64,000 bases of DNA from Verrucomicrobiia bacterium (GTDB lineage Bacteria; Verrucomicrobiota; Verrucomicrobiia; Limisphaerales; UBA1319): contig OY760937.1 in NCBI GenBank assembly GCA_963664225.1, forward strand, positions 4,736,001 to 4,800,000, written 5' to 3'. Below the pieces are notes generated by a model that worked only from the letters and a program-made list of their open reading frames with translations, had not been told where the DNA came from and searched no databases. A program made the translations under genes and the position numbers. Of the stretch, positions 37,417-46,614 are shown piece after piece. The stretch's first letter is position 1; every line of letters starts with the position of its first letter.

Positions 37417-40014
37417 CTAAGGCGTCCTCTCCTGTTTGGAAGTCGGTGCAGGGGCTGCTGGTTGGGAAGTCTTCGCGTTCATTTGCAAAAGCAGCCGCTG
37501 GGCATCGCGAAATCTCGGTGCATCTTCGAGGGATTGCAATACATGGCGCCGGGCCTCGTTTTCAGAATCCCCGCGCGCATGAAGGAGGCTGGCCAATTGG
37601 TAGTGGGTCTCGACCGGATCGGGCGGATCCAGCATCAGCAATTTGCGATAGGCGGTGATCGCCTGATCGGATTTGCCCGTCGCCGAGCCCGACATCGCCA
37701 GGGCCTGGTGAGGCAATGAAATCAGCGGATTAATTGCCAATAATCGCTCCGCATATTTGGTTGCGTCGGACCAATTCGTGCGGGCCATCGATACTTCAAT
37801 CAGTCGGGCAAACAAGTCCACAAAATCAGATTCATGTGTCGCGAGCGTCTTGAGCGTCGCCAACTCTGCGTTGGTGTCGTTGAGGTTTCGCTGGGTCACC
37901 GCGAGCAGCCAGTACGGATTCTTCGCGTTGCCCTCTCCGTGATACGCATCGGCGAGGGATTCCAGGAGGGGCCTGGCTTCCGTCCATTGTTTTGCCTCCA
38001 TCAATTCAACGGCCTTTTTCATCCGGATGTTGAAGTTTTTCGGATGCGCCAGTTCCCAGGTTTTCATTTCCATCACATCAGCAAGTGACGGCGGTGTTTC
38101 CAGGTCCACGCCGGGCGCAAGCTGGTCGGCTTGCTCACGCACAAAAGCGGCGAACTGTTTTTCAATCTCGGGCAAAGGCGCAGTGCGTCTGGCGATGCTC
38201 TTGTTGACTTCGTCGCCGTCGCGCAAGTCGCTCAAAACTTGTTTCAAGGTTTCAAATCCATATCGTTGAACAAGAAATTCCACAACCAGCGACGACTCGT
38301 AATAAGCAAATTGAAGATGCACGGAATTGCTTGGCGACAGAAACGCGCCGCTGAGCCTGCCCAGCGGGGTCAGCTCGTTTTTCAGGATCATGTTGCGGTA
38401 GGCGAGATTCATTTTTTCTCCCCAGGTTGGATTGGCCTGGCGCTCCTCATAAACCGAAATGCCCTCGCTCAGCCATCGCGGCATCCGGTTCTTCGTGGCG
38501 GTCAGTGTCACCACATGACAGAACTCATGCCACAGCACGTCCTCCCAGTTGGCCGGATTCGGAGCCTGCGACGCCGGGCTGTTAGCCGTGATCACCGGGC
38601 CAAAGCAGACGCCGAGATATCCGGGGTTTCCCGGCATGCCAAAGGTTCGCACGGCAAAATCCTTTTGCTCGGGAAAAATCTCCACGGTGGTGGGCTGGGA
38701 AAGCTCCACGCCGTATTTCGCGCACAGTATTTTCCGGGCGCGCGACAGCAGGTCCAGGACACGATCGCCATACAATCCGGCTTCGTGCGGGGACATGCGG
38801 ATGATGAAGTCGGCGTTGGAGAGAGTCTGAAACTTCACCATCTGGTCGTGAAGCGTGGTCAGATTGTACGCGGTGACATCATATCCATCGTCCTTGCGGA
38901 CGGAATCCGCGAGCGCCCAGCCTTCATCCGCCTGGCCCAGGCGTAGCAAGTCCTCGGCGAGTTGACGCCGTGCGGGCAGATAGTCCGGCTCGAACTCCAG
39001 GGCGCGCCGTTGAGCCGCCGCACCTTCGGCGAATCGATACTTCTGCGATAACTTAAGGCCGATTATATGATCCACCTGCGGGTTGGTCTGATAATACTTG
39101 AGAGCATCCTCGCGGAATTGCTTCTCCTGCTGCGCATCGTTTCTCAGATCAGCCAGCACCGCACGATACGCCAGGGCCTCGGGGTGATAAGGGTTCACGT
39201 GAAGGATGAGGGCCAGTTGCTTTTCTGCCTCGGCGTATTGCTCGGCGTCGATCAAGTGATCCGCCAGCAGCAGCAGGCTGGGTATGTGTTGGGGATTGAC
39301 CTCCAAAGCGGTCTGAATGGATTTTTGCATTTCCCCGCGGTCGCTGGGTTCATACGACCGTGCCAGCCCGACCTCCATGTCAGGGTCTTTGGGGAACTTC
39401 ACAAGTCCGGCGCGAAATGCATCCGCCGCCAGCTTGTAGTCGTGCTTGTCCAGCGCCAGTTGTCCGGTGGCCAGAAAGCCATCGCGCGACGGCGGGTCCA
39501 GTTTTTCCGCGCGCTGAAAACAATTTTCCAGAACCAATCGCGGCTCGACCCCCAGCAGCAGCAACGCCTGACCCAGCGCAACAAGGTCCTCGCCATTCCG
39601 GTAGGAGGGTTGACGTTGCTCGATGATGACGCGTATTTCAGCCAGCCGACGACTGGCTTCGGTTGGGTTGTTTTTGAAGAGAGCCGTTTCCCGGGCGAGC
39701 AGCCGCAAGCCAATGTAGGAGGAATAATTATTGAGACCATTCGTGGCATTCGTGTAGGCCTCATCGTAACGCCCCATGGTCATCAGGGCTTTCACCAGCA
39801 GTTTTCGCCAGTCCGTGCGATAACTGCCATCCTCCAGTTCCTTTTTCGCAGCCTTGATGACGTCGGTATAGTTACCGTGCAGATACAACTCGTTGGCATT
39901 TTCCAACGATTCCGCCCAAGCATTGCCTGCCAGAAGTAAAATGCCGGTGCAAACCAGTCGAAATGCAATCAGCATCAACAAGCTCACACGACAAATGGTT
40001 GTCCGGGCGGGCAT
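37417..40014 (-). CDS. Secreted TPR-repeat protein with MA-clan (gluzincin) metallopeptidase domain
   Basis: TPR repeats flank DFAVRTFGMPG..YLGVCFG, HEFCH (HExxH) and PRWLSEGIS. Start uncertain between 39975 and 40053. Confidence 0.88.
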   Translation of the reverse strand: MPARTTICRVSLLMLIAFRLVCTGILLLAGNAWAESLENANELYLHGNYTDVIKAAKKELEDGSYRTDWRKLLVKALMTMGRYDEAYTNATNGLNNYSSYIGLRLLARETALFKNNPTEASRRLAEIRVIIEQRQPSYRNGEDLVALGQALLLLGVEPRLVLENCFQRAEKLDPPSRDGFLATGQLALDKHDYKLAADAFRAGLVKFPKDPDMEVGLARSYEPSDRGEMQKSIQTALEVNPQHIPSLLLLADHLIDAEQYAEAEKQLALILHVNPYHPEALAYRAVLADLRNDAQQEKQFREDALKYYQTNPQVDHIIGLKLSQKYRFAEGAAAQRRALEFEPDYLPARRQLAEDLLRLGQADEGWALADSVRKDDGYDVTAYNLTTLHDQMVKFQTLSNADFIIRMSPHEAGLYGDRVLDLLSRARKILCAKYGVELSQPTTVEIFPEQKDFAVRTFGMPGNPGYLGVCFGPVITANSPASQAPNPANWEDVLWHEFCHVVTLTATKNRMPRWLSEGISVYEERQANPTWGEKMNLAYRNMILKNELTPLGRLSGAFLSPSNSVHLQFAYYESSLVVEFLVQRYGFETLKQVLSDLRDGDEVNKSIARRTAPLPEIEKQFAAFVREQADQLAPGVDLETPPSLADVMEMKTWELAHPKNFNIRMKKAVELMEAKQWTEARPLLESLADAYHGEGNAKNPYWLLAVTQRNLNDTNAELATLKTLATHESDFVDLFARLIEVSMARTNWSDATKYAERLLAINPLISLPHQALAMSGSATGKSDQAITAYRKLLMLDPPDPVETHYQLASLLHARGDSENEARRHVLQSLEDAPRFRDAQRLLLQMNAKTSQPAAPAPTSKQERTP

Positions 40015-40061
40015 ATCCTGACAACACCTTCGCTCATTTGCCGCACGAAGCAATGCGCATT

Positions 40062-40088
40062 CGTCTATTTGGCGTTACCAAATAGACG
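40062..40088. promoter_or_regulatory. Perfect 11-bp inverted repeat upstream of the MoxR operon (operator or hairpin)
   Basis: CGTCTATTTGG-cgtta-CCAAATAGACG. Confidence 0.4.
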
Positions 40089-40136
40089 TCCGGTTATCAG
40101 AGCTCTTCAGCATCCAAATCCACTGGCAATCCTCAA

Positions 40137-42908
40137 TCACTGGCGTTTCGAAGAAAACGAATAACGGCCGGACTCGATCCGATACACGGCGACACCCTTT
40201 TCGGAACGCAGGAATTTAACGTCCGGCGATTGCGTGGCCGGGCGACCGGACTCAAGAACGGTTGATGGATCGACTGTCGGGACAAAAACCGTGGCCGTGG
40301 TGTTCGCGGGGACGGTGACGTCCAGGGTTAGCCGGTTGCTTTCTTTTTTCCAGGAGGTTTGGATTTCGCCACTGATCGAGCGATAGCTTGTCCTTGCCCA
40401 CTGGAGTTGATCGGCGATGATCGGTTGAATGCGGATATCTTTGTATCCCGGGGTTTCGGCCTGGATGCCGCCGAGCATGCCAAACAGGTATTCGCCCATG
40501 GTTCCCCAGACGATGTGGTTGAATGAGTTCATGCCCGGATCCTGGAATCCTTTCTCGGGAGTATAAGAATCCCAACGTTCCCAAACCGTGGTGGCGCCCT
40601 GTTTGACCATGAAGAGCCAGGAGGGATATGACTCCTGAAAAACGAGGCGGCAGGCATCTGTGTCCAGACCGGCATTATGGAGTCCGGGAAGCAACCGCGC
40701 AGCGCCGATGAATCCAGTGGCAGGGTGCCAGTCGAACCGGGCAATCTCCCTGGCATAGGCTGCCGACATCTTATCTTTCAGCTCAGGCGGGACGAGGCCC
40801 ATGGTGAAAGCAAGGGCGTAGCCGGTCTGGCTGCTCCCTTCAATGGAACCATCCGGACGCAGAAACGCGCGCGTGAAGGCCGCCTTGATTTGATCGGCAA
40901 GGTCGCGGTAATGCGTGGCATCGTCGGTTCGGCCGATGGCTTGAGCCATTTCGGCCATCAGTCCGGTTAGATAGGCGTAATATGCGGTGGCGATGACTTC
41001 GTTTTTGGCGCTGCCGCCCAGGTTCAGCCAATCGCCTGGTCCCTCGAGATGGCGTATTTGATTAGTGGCGGTTTGTGTGAGGAAGGCATGATGTCGGCGC
41101 ATGGCCTCGAAATGTTCGGATACCGCACGGGTATCGCCATAAGCCCGGTAAATCTCGTAGGGACAGATGATGCCCGCATCGCCCCATCCATCGCTCTGGC
41201 CAGGGAACATGCCGTAGTAGGGAGCGATATCGGCAAACACGCCCCGGGCTGATTGGGAATCGTCGCAGAGATCCACGAGCCATTTGTTAAAGAATGCGGC
41301 GACGTCCATATTGTAAAGGGCCGTGGGGAGGAAGAACTGGTGGTCGCCCGTGCAGCCAGTGCGTTCGTCGCGATTCGGGCAATCGGTGGGAACGCCCATG
41401 TAATTGGCCCGTTGCGACCATTGGATATTCGCGGCCAATTTTGTCAGTAAAGGGTTGGAACATTCGAAGCTTCCGGTGTCGCGAAAGCTGGTATGAAACA
41501 TCCGGCCCAGTATGGCGTTGGTGGATGGGCGCGAAGGCAGCCCCGTCACTTCCACATAACGGAAACCATGATAGGTGAAGTGAGGTTCGAATACTTCGGT
41601 TTTCCCACCGCCCTTGAAGATGTAGTGCTCCTCCGCAAGCGCACCGCGAAGGTTTTTGGTGTAAACCGTGCCGTCGGGATTAAGCACTTCGGCGTGCCGC
41701 AAGGTGACGGCGGCCCCAGCGGGCGCCTGCGCGGCCAGACGGCACCAGCCGGCGATGTTTTGGCCGAGATCAAAAACATAAACGCCAGGTTTGGGTTCCG
41801 TGAGAGCCACCGGTTTGAACTTATGCGTGACGCGGATGGGTTCGCTGCGCTGCCAGACGAGCTTGCCGACCTTCAGATTGGCGCCTAGAGCGGCGGTTTG
41901 CCAGGTCGAGTCGTTGAAACCGGCCCGATCCCATCCCTGCATTTCCATGCGCGCGTCGTAGGATTCTCCCTCGTAAATGCCAGATTGGCGAAGCGGCCCC
42001 TTGGTGGATACGCGCCAGGTATCATCCGTGGCAAACACATGGCGCTGGCCGTCGGTGGTTTCGACTTCGAGCTGGGCCAGCAGCCATGGGCGGTCCCCAA
42101 AGATGCGTGGACGCTGCGGCCAGCAAATGAAGCTGCCGCAATACCAGCCGTTGCCGACAATTGCGCCGATGGCGTTGTCGCCCTTGCGAAGCAAGTCAGT
42201 GACTTCAATCGAATCGACCTGCACCCGATGGGTGTAACGGGTCCATTCCGGAGCGAGGAGATGATCGCTCACGCGCTGGCCGTTGATCCTGAGTTCATAG
42301 AGACCCAGGGCGGTGACATGGACGGTGGCGCGGCGTATTGGCTGATCCAGGTGGAAGCCTTTTCGAAGATAACGCGGGGTTGGCAAAGGCGCTTTGAGAT
42401 TGGCGGCGGCATCACCGGAAAACGCGCCTTCCTCGGAGCCGATCCAGCGGGCTTGCCAGTCTTCGGGATTCAGCAGTCCCATTGTCCACAACGCAGGCTC
42501 GCTCCATGCGGAGGCGCGGCCATCCTGATTCCAAACACGCACTTTCCAATAGCATTGTTGACGTGATGCGAGCGACTGGCCCGCGTAGGCGATCTGGGCA
42601 CTCTGGTTCGATGTGACCTTGCCGCTATCCCAGAGGTCGCCATCGTTGGCACGAAGTCGTTTTTGAGAAGAGGCAACCAGCAATTGCCACGCGGTCTGGC
42701 GCTCCCCGCGCCGATCAGACACGGGCAGCCAGCTCAGGCGTGGTTCCTTGATATCCAGCCCCTGAGGGTCCTGACGATACTCACAACGCAGATCGGTGGG
42801 GCGCAGCGCCCCGGCTGTGGTGGCCGGTGCATTTGCCAGCAGGACACCAAACGCGAGGAGGACTGAGGAAATAATCGATTTCATAGGCTGGTTCTGGCGC
42901 CGTTTCAT
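40137..42908 (-). CDS. Secreted GH78 alpha-L-rhamnosidase
   Basis: LRCEY..P.GLD..PRLSW, LWDSGKV, ALGLYE..NG, DLGQN, FTYHGFRYVE, PTDCPNRDER, GATTVWERWD, MNSFNH. Confidence 0.95.
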   Translation of the reverse strand: MKRRQNQPMKSIISSVLLAFGVLLANAPATTAGALRPTDLRCEYRQDPQGLDIKEPRLSWLPVSDRRGERQTAWQLLVASSQKRLRANDGDLWDSGKVTSNQSAQIAYAGQSLASRQQCYWKVRVWNQDGRASAWSEPALWTMGLLNPEDWQARWIGSEEGAFSGDAAANLKAPLPTPRYLRKGFHLDQPIRRATVHVTALGLYELRINGQRVSDHLLAPEWTRYTHRVQVDSIEVTDLLRKGDNAIGAIVGNGWYCGSFICWPQRPRIFGDRPWLLAQLEVETTDGQRHVFATDDTWRVSTKGPLRQSGIYEGESYDARMEMQGWDRAGFNDSTWQTAALGANLKVGKLVWQRSEPIRVTHKFKPVALTEPKPGVYVFDLGQNIAGWCRLAAQAPAGAAVTLRHAEVLNPDGTVYTKNLRGALAEEHYIFKGGGKTEVFEPHFTYHGFRYVEVTGLPSRPSTNAILGRMFHTSFRDTGSFECSNPLLTKLAANIQWSQRANYMGVPTDCPNRDERTGCTGDHQFFLPTALYNMDVAAFFNKWLVDLCDDSQSARGVFADIAPYYGMFPGQSDGWGDAGIICPYEIYRAYGDTRAVSEHFEAMRRHHAFLTQTATNQIRHLEGPGDWLNLGGSAKNEVIATAYYAYLTGLMAEMAQAIGRTDDATHYRDLADQIKAAFTRAFLRPDGSIEGSSQTGYALAFTMGLVPPELKDKMSAAYAREIARFDWHPATGFIGAARLLPGLHNAGLDTDACRLVFQESYPSWLFMVKQGATTVWERWDSYTPEKGFQDPGMNSFNHIVWGTMGEYLFGMLGGIQAETPGYKDIRIQPIIADQLQWARTSYRSISGEIQTSWKKESNRLTLDVTVPANTTATVFVPTVDPSTVLESGRPATQSPDVKFLRSEKGVAVYRIESGRYSFSSKRQ

Positions 42909-42912
42909 TCGG

Positions 42913-45030
42913 CTATTTTCGTTCGATCAGGATGATGTCCGAGCTCTCTGTCCCCTCCAGGCGCGCAACGAGGCCGTTTTTCAAGAGAGCTTCACCGGCC
43001 AATTCTGCGCCCGCCACACTGCCATCCTCGCTCGTCACATTGTAGCGAGCGTCGGCGCGAAGACCTTCGAGCATAAACCGGTGCTCCTTTTCATCGGTCG
43101 TGCCACGGAATACAAACAGTGCTCCCTTCCCGGTGGATTCATCCCAATACTGGATACCATCCCAGTGCACACCATCGGGCCGGTCAGCGACGTGATGTAC
43201 ATCGGCATTGAGAATCAACGGACGCAACGCGGACTTGTAGAGCGCGAATTGGCGCTTGGCTGCGGTTCGCTGCTCAGGTGTCCACTTGGAGGTGTCGGTC
43301 ATGATGGTGCACCAACCCATCATTCCGCTACGCAGCATGTAAACGAAGTTGGCGAGGTTTTTGCCAGGATTGTTCGCGATATAGCATTCGCACTGCGCCG
43401 GAGGGAGAAGGAAGGAAGCGTCGTAAAAGGCCCGGCGGTTCGAGAGCGGATCGTAGGTGTCCGTGATGCTGATATAGTCCACCCGGCGAATGACGCCGAA
43501 ATCGACCATGCGCCCGCCATTGACGCAATCCTCAAACAGGAGTGCCGGATTCTCACGCCGAAGCGTGTCATAAATGCGGTAATAGGCTTCTGTGGCCCGG
43601 GCGGCAGCGTCAGTTCGTGAGGACGTGTGCAAATGGTTTGTACTCGAACAGGAATCGATAATCATGCGCTGGTCATGCTCCAGCAGGTCGAGCTTGTAGT
43701 CTTTAACCATCCGCCGCAGGGAATCCAGGCACCACTTCTCCGCGCGAGGATCGGCCAGGCAGACGGTTTCGCCTGTGAATTCACCGGGTTTCCAGTCAGA
43801 AGCGACCTTGCGGGTAAACCAGGCCTTCATTTCCGGATCGAAAACGCTCAGAGGCCGGTCGGGTCCGGTTTGATCGCGCTGGTTGCCCCCTTGAGTCCAC
43901 CCAACCCACAGACCGAATTTGAGCCCCATGGAGTGGGCGTAGTCGGCAATGGGAGCGAGTCCTTTTGGAAATTTTGTTGTTTCCGGGAACCAATCGCCGA
44001 CACCTCGAAACCAGCCAGCGTCGATGTGGAACATCTCCAAGCCCAAGTCCGCCGACTCGTCGATCATCGTTCGGGCCAGCTTTTCATCCACCGCCATTCC
44101 GCTTCCCCAACTATTGTTGACCAGCAAAGGATAGTGCTTGTCACGGGTTGGTGGACAAATGTTGGTCTTGATCCAGCGACGCATTTGGTTGCAGCCATCA
44201 TCCACTTCGCCCTGGTAGCAGCCGAGAAATACGGACGGGACACGCAGGGTTTGATCTGGCGCAATTCGTGCAAGGTAGCCTTCCTCAGGAGTCAGGCCCG
44301 CCTCGACATGCAGTTGAGATTGCTCGCGTTTGATCGCGATGCGCACACGACCACTCGACTCAATGCCCAAATACCAGCCGCACTTCCCCGCCGGATCCTG
44401 AATGGCAGTCCAGGGAATGGGCTCCTGCCTCTCATCGGGAGAATAGCCCGTGGAATCAAGCGTTTGGGTGTATCCATTGGTAACGTAATTATCGTAATGA
44501 ACGCCGACTTTTCCGGGCGTTCCTGCACCCTTCTCGATCCACCAATTCTCCAGAGTATGGCCATCAGGGGCGGCCACGCTGTCAAACACCAGCGAGGGTT
44601 GAAGGGGCAGTTGCACCTCCTGCGTGCCGCGATTCAAGATGCTCAACTCATGCTCAATGGGACCCGGACCTTTTGCGCCTTTCCAGACAGAGGTGAGTTC
44701 GAGCTTGGGTTCCTTGCAGCCAAAGACAAAGACATGGCCAAAGTAGGGGCCTGGCAAGTCGGCTTCGCGAATCAAACGCCATTCCAGGGAAAGCGTCTTT
44801 CCCGCAACCACGGCGGTTTGCACCAAAGGCATGATCCCAGCCCGGGCCGACGCAGGGGTCCACTCGGTTTTGCCTTTTGATCCGCTGAGGGAGACCACCT
44901 GGAGGGCTGAACCGGAAACCTCCAGACGCAAGGAGGTATCGGAGGTTTCGACGGTGGCGGCATTTGTAACACTGGCCATAATCGCAGCAGCCAGGATGGG
45001 GGAGCCAAGGAGGAGCAATCGTGTTTTCAT
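42913..45030 (-). CDS. Secreted GH36-like alpha-galactosidase (divergent from the first GH36)
   Basis: Signal peptide, VNNSW, HIDAGWF, KFPKGL.PIADYAHS.GLKFGLW, LLEHD, CVNGG, SITD, WDGIQY. Confidence 0.85.
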   Translation of the reverse strand: MKTRLLLLGSPILAAAIMASVTNAATVETSDTSLRLEVSGSALQVVSLSGSKGKTEWTPASARAGIMPLVQTAVVAGKTLSLEWRLIREADLPGPYFGHVFVFGCKEPKLELTSVWKGAKGPGPIEHELSILNRGTQEVQLPLQPSLVFDSVAAPDGHTLENWWIEKGAGTPGKVGVHYDNYVTNGYTQTLDSTGYSPDERQEPIPWTAIQDPAGKCGWYLGIESSGRVRIAIKREQSQLHVEAGLTPEEGYLARIAPDQTLRVPSVFLGCYQGEVDDGCNQMRRWIKTNICPPTRDKHYPLLVNNSWGSGMAVDEKLARTMIDESADLGLEMFHIDAGWFRGVGDWFPETTKFPKGLAPIADYAHSMGLKFGLWVGWTQGGNQRDQTGPDRPLSVFDPEMKAWFTRKVASDWKPGEFTGETVCLADPRAEKWCLDSLRRMVKDYKLDLLEHDQRMIIDSCSSTNHLHTSSRTDAAARATEAYYRIYDTLRRENPALLFEDCVNGGRMVDFGVIRRVDYISITDTYDPLSNRRAFYDASFLLPPAQCECYIANNPGKNLANFVYMLRSGMMGWCTIMTDTSKWTPEQRTAAKRQFALYKSALRPLILNADVHHVADRPDGVHWDGIQYWDESTGKGALFVFRGTTDEKEHRFMLEGLRADARYNVTSEDGSVAGAELAGEALLKNGLVARLEGTESSDIILIERK

Positions 45031-45178
45031 GGTGTGAAGCCTAACTTAATGACAAGACCGGTCTTCGGCAATACTCGTTGACGTTTTTTTGGGATCGGGT
45101 TTGGCAAATGGCTGCCAAGTCCTGATAATGCAGCTTGGTTTCGGTGGTAAATCCCCGCGTGATGGGGCAAGGGATATG

Positions 45179-45237
45179 AAAAAAGGACCGCTTTTTGCAC
45201 CCGAAACCTCGCGGGAGATTTGTGCAAAAAGCGAACC
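45179..45237 (-). terminator. Intrinsic terminator downstream of tRNA-Asn
   Basis: 12-bp stem CGCTTTTTGCAC/GTGCAAAAAGCG (45189-45200 and 45222-45233), followed on the minus strand by a T6 run. Confidence 0.7.
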
Positions 45238-45255
45238 GTTCGATCTGAAGAAAAT

Positions 45256-45330
45256 TGGCTCCAAAGGCAGGGCTCGAACCTGCAACCCATCGGTTAACAG
45301 CCGATTGCTCTACCATTGAGCTACTTTGGA
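45256..45330 (-). tRNA. tRNA-Asn (GTT)
   Basis: TCCAAAG acceptor stem, TAGCTCAATGGTAGAGC D arm, ATCGG-CT-GTT-AA-CCGAT anticodon arm, GCAGGTTCGAGCCCTGC T arm, and an encoded CCA. Confidence 0.97.
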
Positions 45331-45346
45331 ACCCAAGAGCGGGGAC

Positions 45347-45376
45347 AATCTACACAAGGCCCCATCGGGTCGTCAA
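45347..45376 (-). promoter_or_regulatory. Putative sigma70 promoter of tRNA-Asn
   Basis: TTGACG-N18-TAGATT ending 16 nt upstream of the tRNA. Confidence 0.55.
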
Positions 45377-45602
45377 CACCCTTGTGCCTTTTTTTATGCT
45401 CTTGGTGCGGTCTTGTGAGTCAAGCCGGTGCGGGCAGGCCGGTTTGGCGAATCAGATGTGCCGGCAGACGCACACTTTTCAGGGAGGCGCGTTTATCGTT
45501 AGCTTTGGGCGCACGATACCGCAGCGGCCTGATGGGTAATGGATTATGCATCCGGACACAGGTAATCGATTTGGAGACGGAAAGCCGTTTGGGAATATCC
45601 GT

Positions 45603-45630
45603 TTGCATTTTATGCGGGGTTAAATAAACT
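45603..45630 (+). promoter_or_regulatory. Possible sigma70 promoter of the SPFH/ATPase/ABC operon
   Basis: TTGCAT-N16-TAAACT, ending 19 nt before ATG 45650. Confidence 0.35.
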
Positions 45631-45649
45631 GACAGATTCAAATTAGGAA

Positions 45650-46612
45650 ATGCGACAGTTTGCAACCATAGCAACCAACGCCTTCATGGAGTTGGTGAGA
45701 CAGCCGGTGTATCTGCTTCTAATGAGCAGTTCAGCGGTCTTCATGGTTTTTCTGGCGTGCGTTCCCTATTTTGGCTTTGGGGACGACCCAAAGATGCTCA
45801 AGGACACCGAATTGGCGGTGATGCTGCTGGCGGGCCTCTTTGGCGCGGTAATCAGCGCCGCGGCCTCCGTGGCGCATGAAATCCGTTCCGGAACGGCTCT
45901 GGCGGTTTTGTCCAAACCGGTTCGGCGGGGCCAATTTCTGCTGGCGAAATTTGCCGGAGTGGCCGCGGCATTGTCCTTGATGACTTATGTGAACGCGGTG
46001 ATGGCTTTGCTTGCGAGCCGGATGGCCTATGACGCCTATTCGGGGGTGGACACAGCGGCGCTGGGGATTTTTTCAGCGGCGGTGGTTGTCGCGTATGCCA
46101 TCGGGGGGTTCAGTAACTTTTTTCTGAAACGGCAGTTTGTGGCGGACGCGGTTTTCAGTCTTGTGGTGATGTTGACCATAGCGTTTGTCGTGATTACGAC
46201 CATGACGTCCCATAAGGAAAGTTTGAGCACGATCTCCAAAGTGGACTGGCGCCTGGTGCCCGCCTCGGTGTTGATATTGTTTGCCTTGTGGATTTTTGCG
46301 GGGCTGGCCATCGCTTGCTCCACGCGTTTTGAAATGATTCCGACGCTGGCGATTTGCAGTGCGCTTTTTCTGTTGGGGCTGATGTCGGATTACCTTTTTG
46401 GTCGGCCTTTGCAGAATGGGTCGATGTGGGCGGCGGTGCCTTATACCTTGTTGCCGAACTGGCAGTTGTTTTGGATGGCGGATACGATGGAACCTGGCAA
46501 GGCGGGGGTTCCCTTGTCGTATCTGGCGCAGGCACTGGGATATGTGGCCGGCTATTTGGGCGCCACACTGGCGGTGGCGCTGGCGTTGTTTGAGGATCGG
46601 GAGTTGAGCTGA
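45650..46612 (+). CDS. ABC-2-type transporter permease
   Basis: IATNAFMELVRQP, EIRSGT...LSKPV.R.QFLLAKF, multiple TM segments, FEDREL C-terminus. Confidence 0.85.
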   Translation: MRQFATIATNAFMELVRQPVYLLLMSSSAVFMVFLACVPYFGFGDDPKMLKDTELAVMLLAGLFGAVISAAASVAHEIRSGTALAVLSKPVRRGQFLLAKFAGVAAALSLMTYVNAVMALLASRMAYDAYSGVDTAALGIFSAAVVVAYAIGGFSNFFLKRQFVADAVFSLVVMLTIAFVVITTMTSHKESLSTISKVDWRLVPASVLILFALWIFAGLAIACSTRFEMIPTLAICSALFLLGLMSDYLFGRPLQNGSMWAAVPYTLLPNWQLFWMADTMEPGKAGVPLSYLAQALGYVAGYLGATLAVALALFEDRELS

Positions 46613-46614
46613 TT

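Noticed and set aside
45256..45285. attL/attR direct repeat of the tRNA 3' end
   Set aside because: No second copy found by eye and no integrase in the window.
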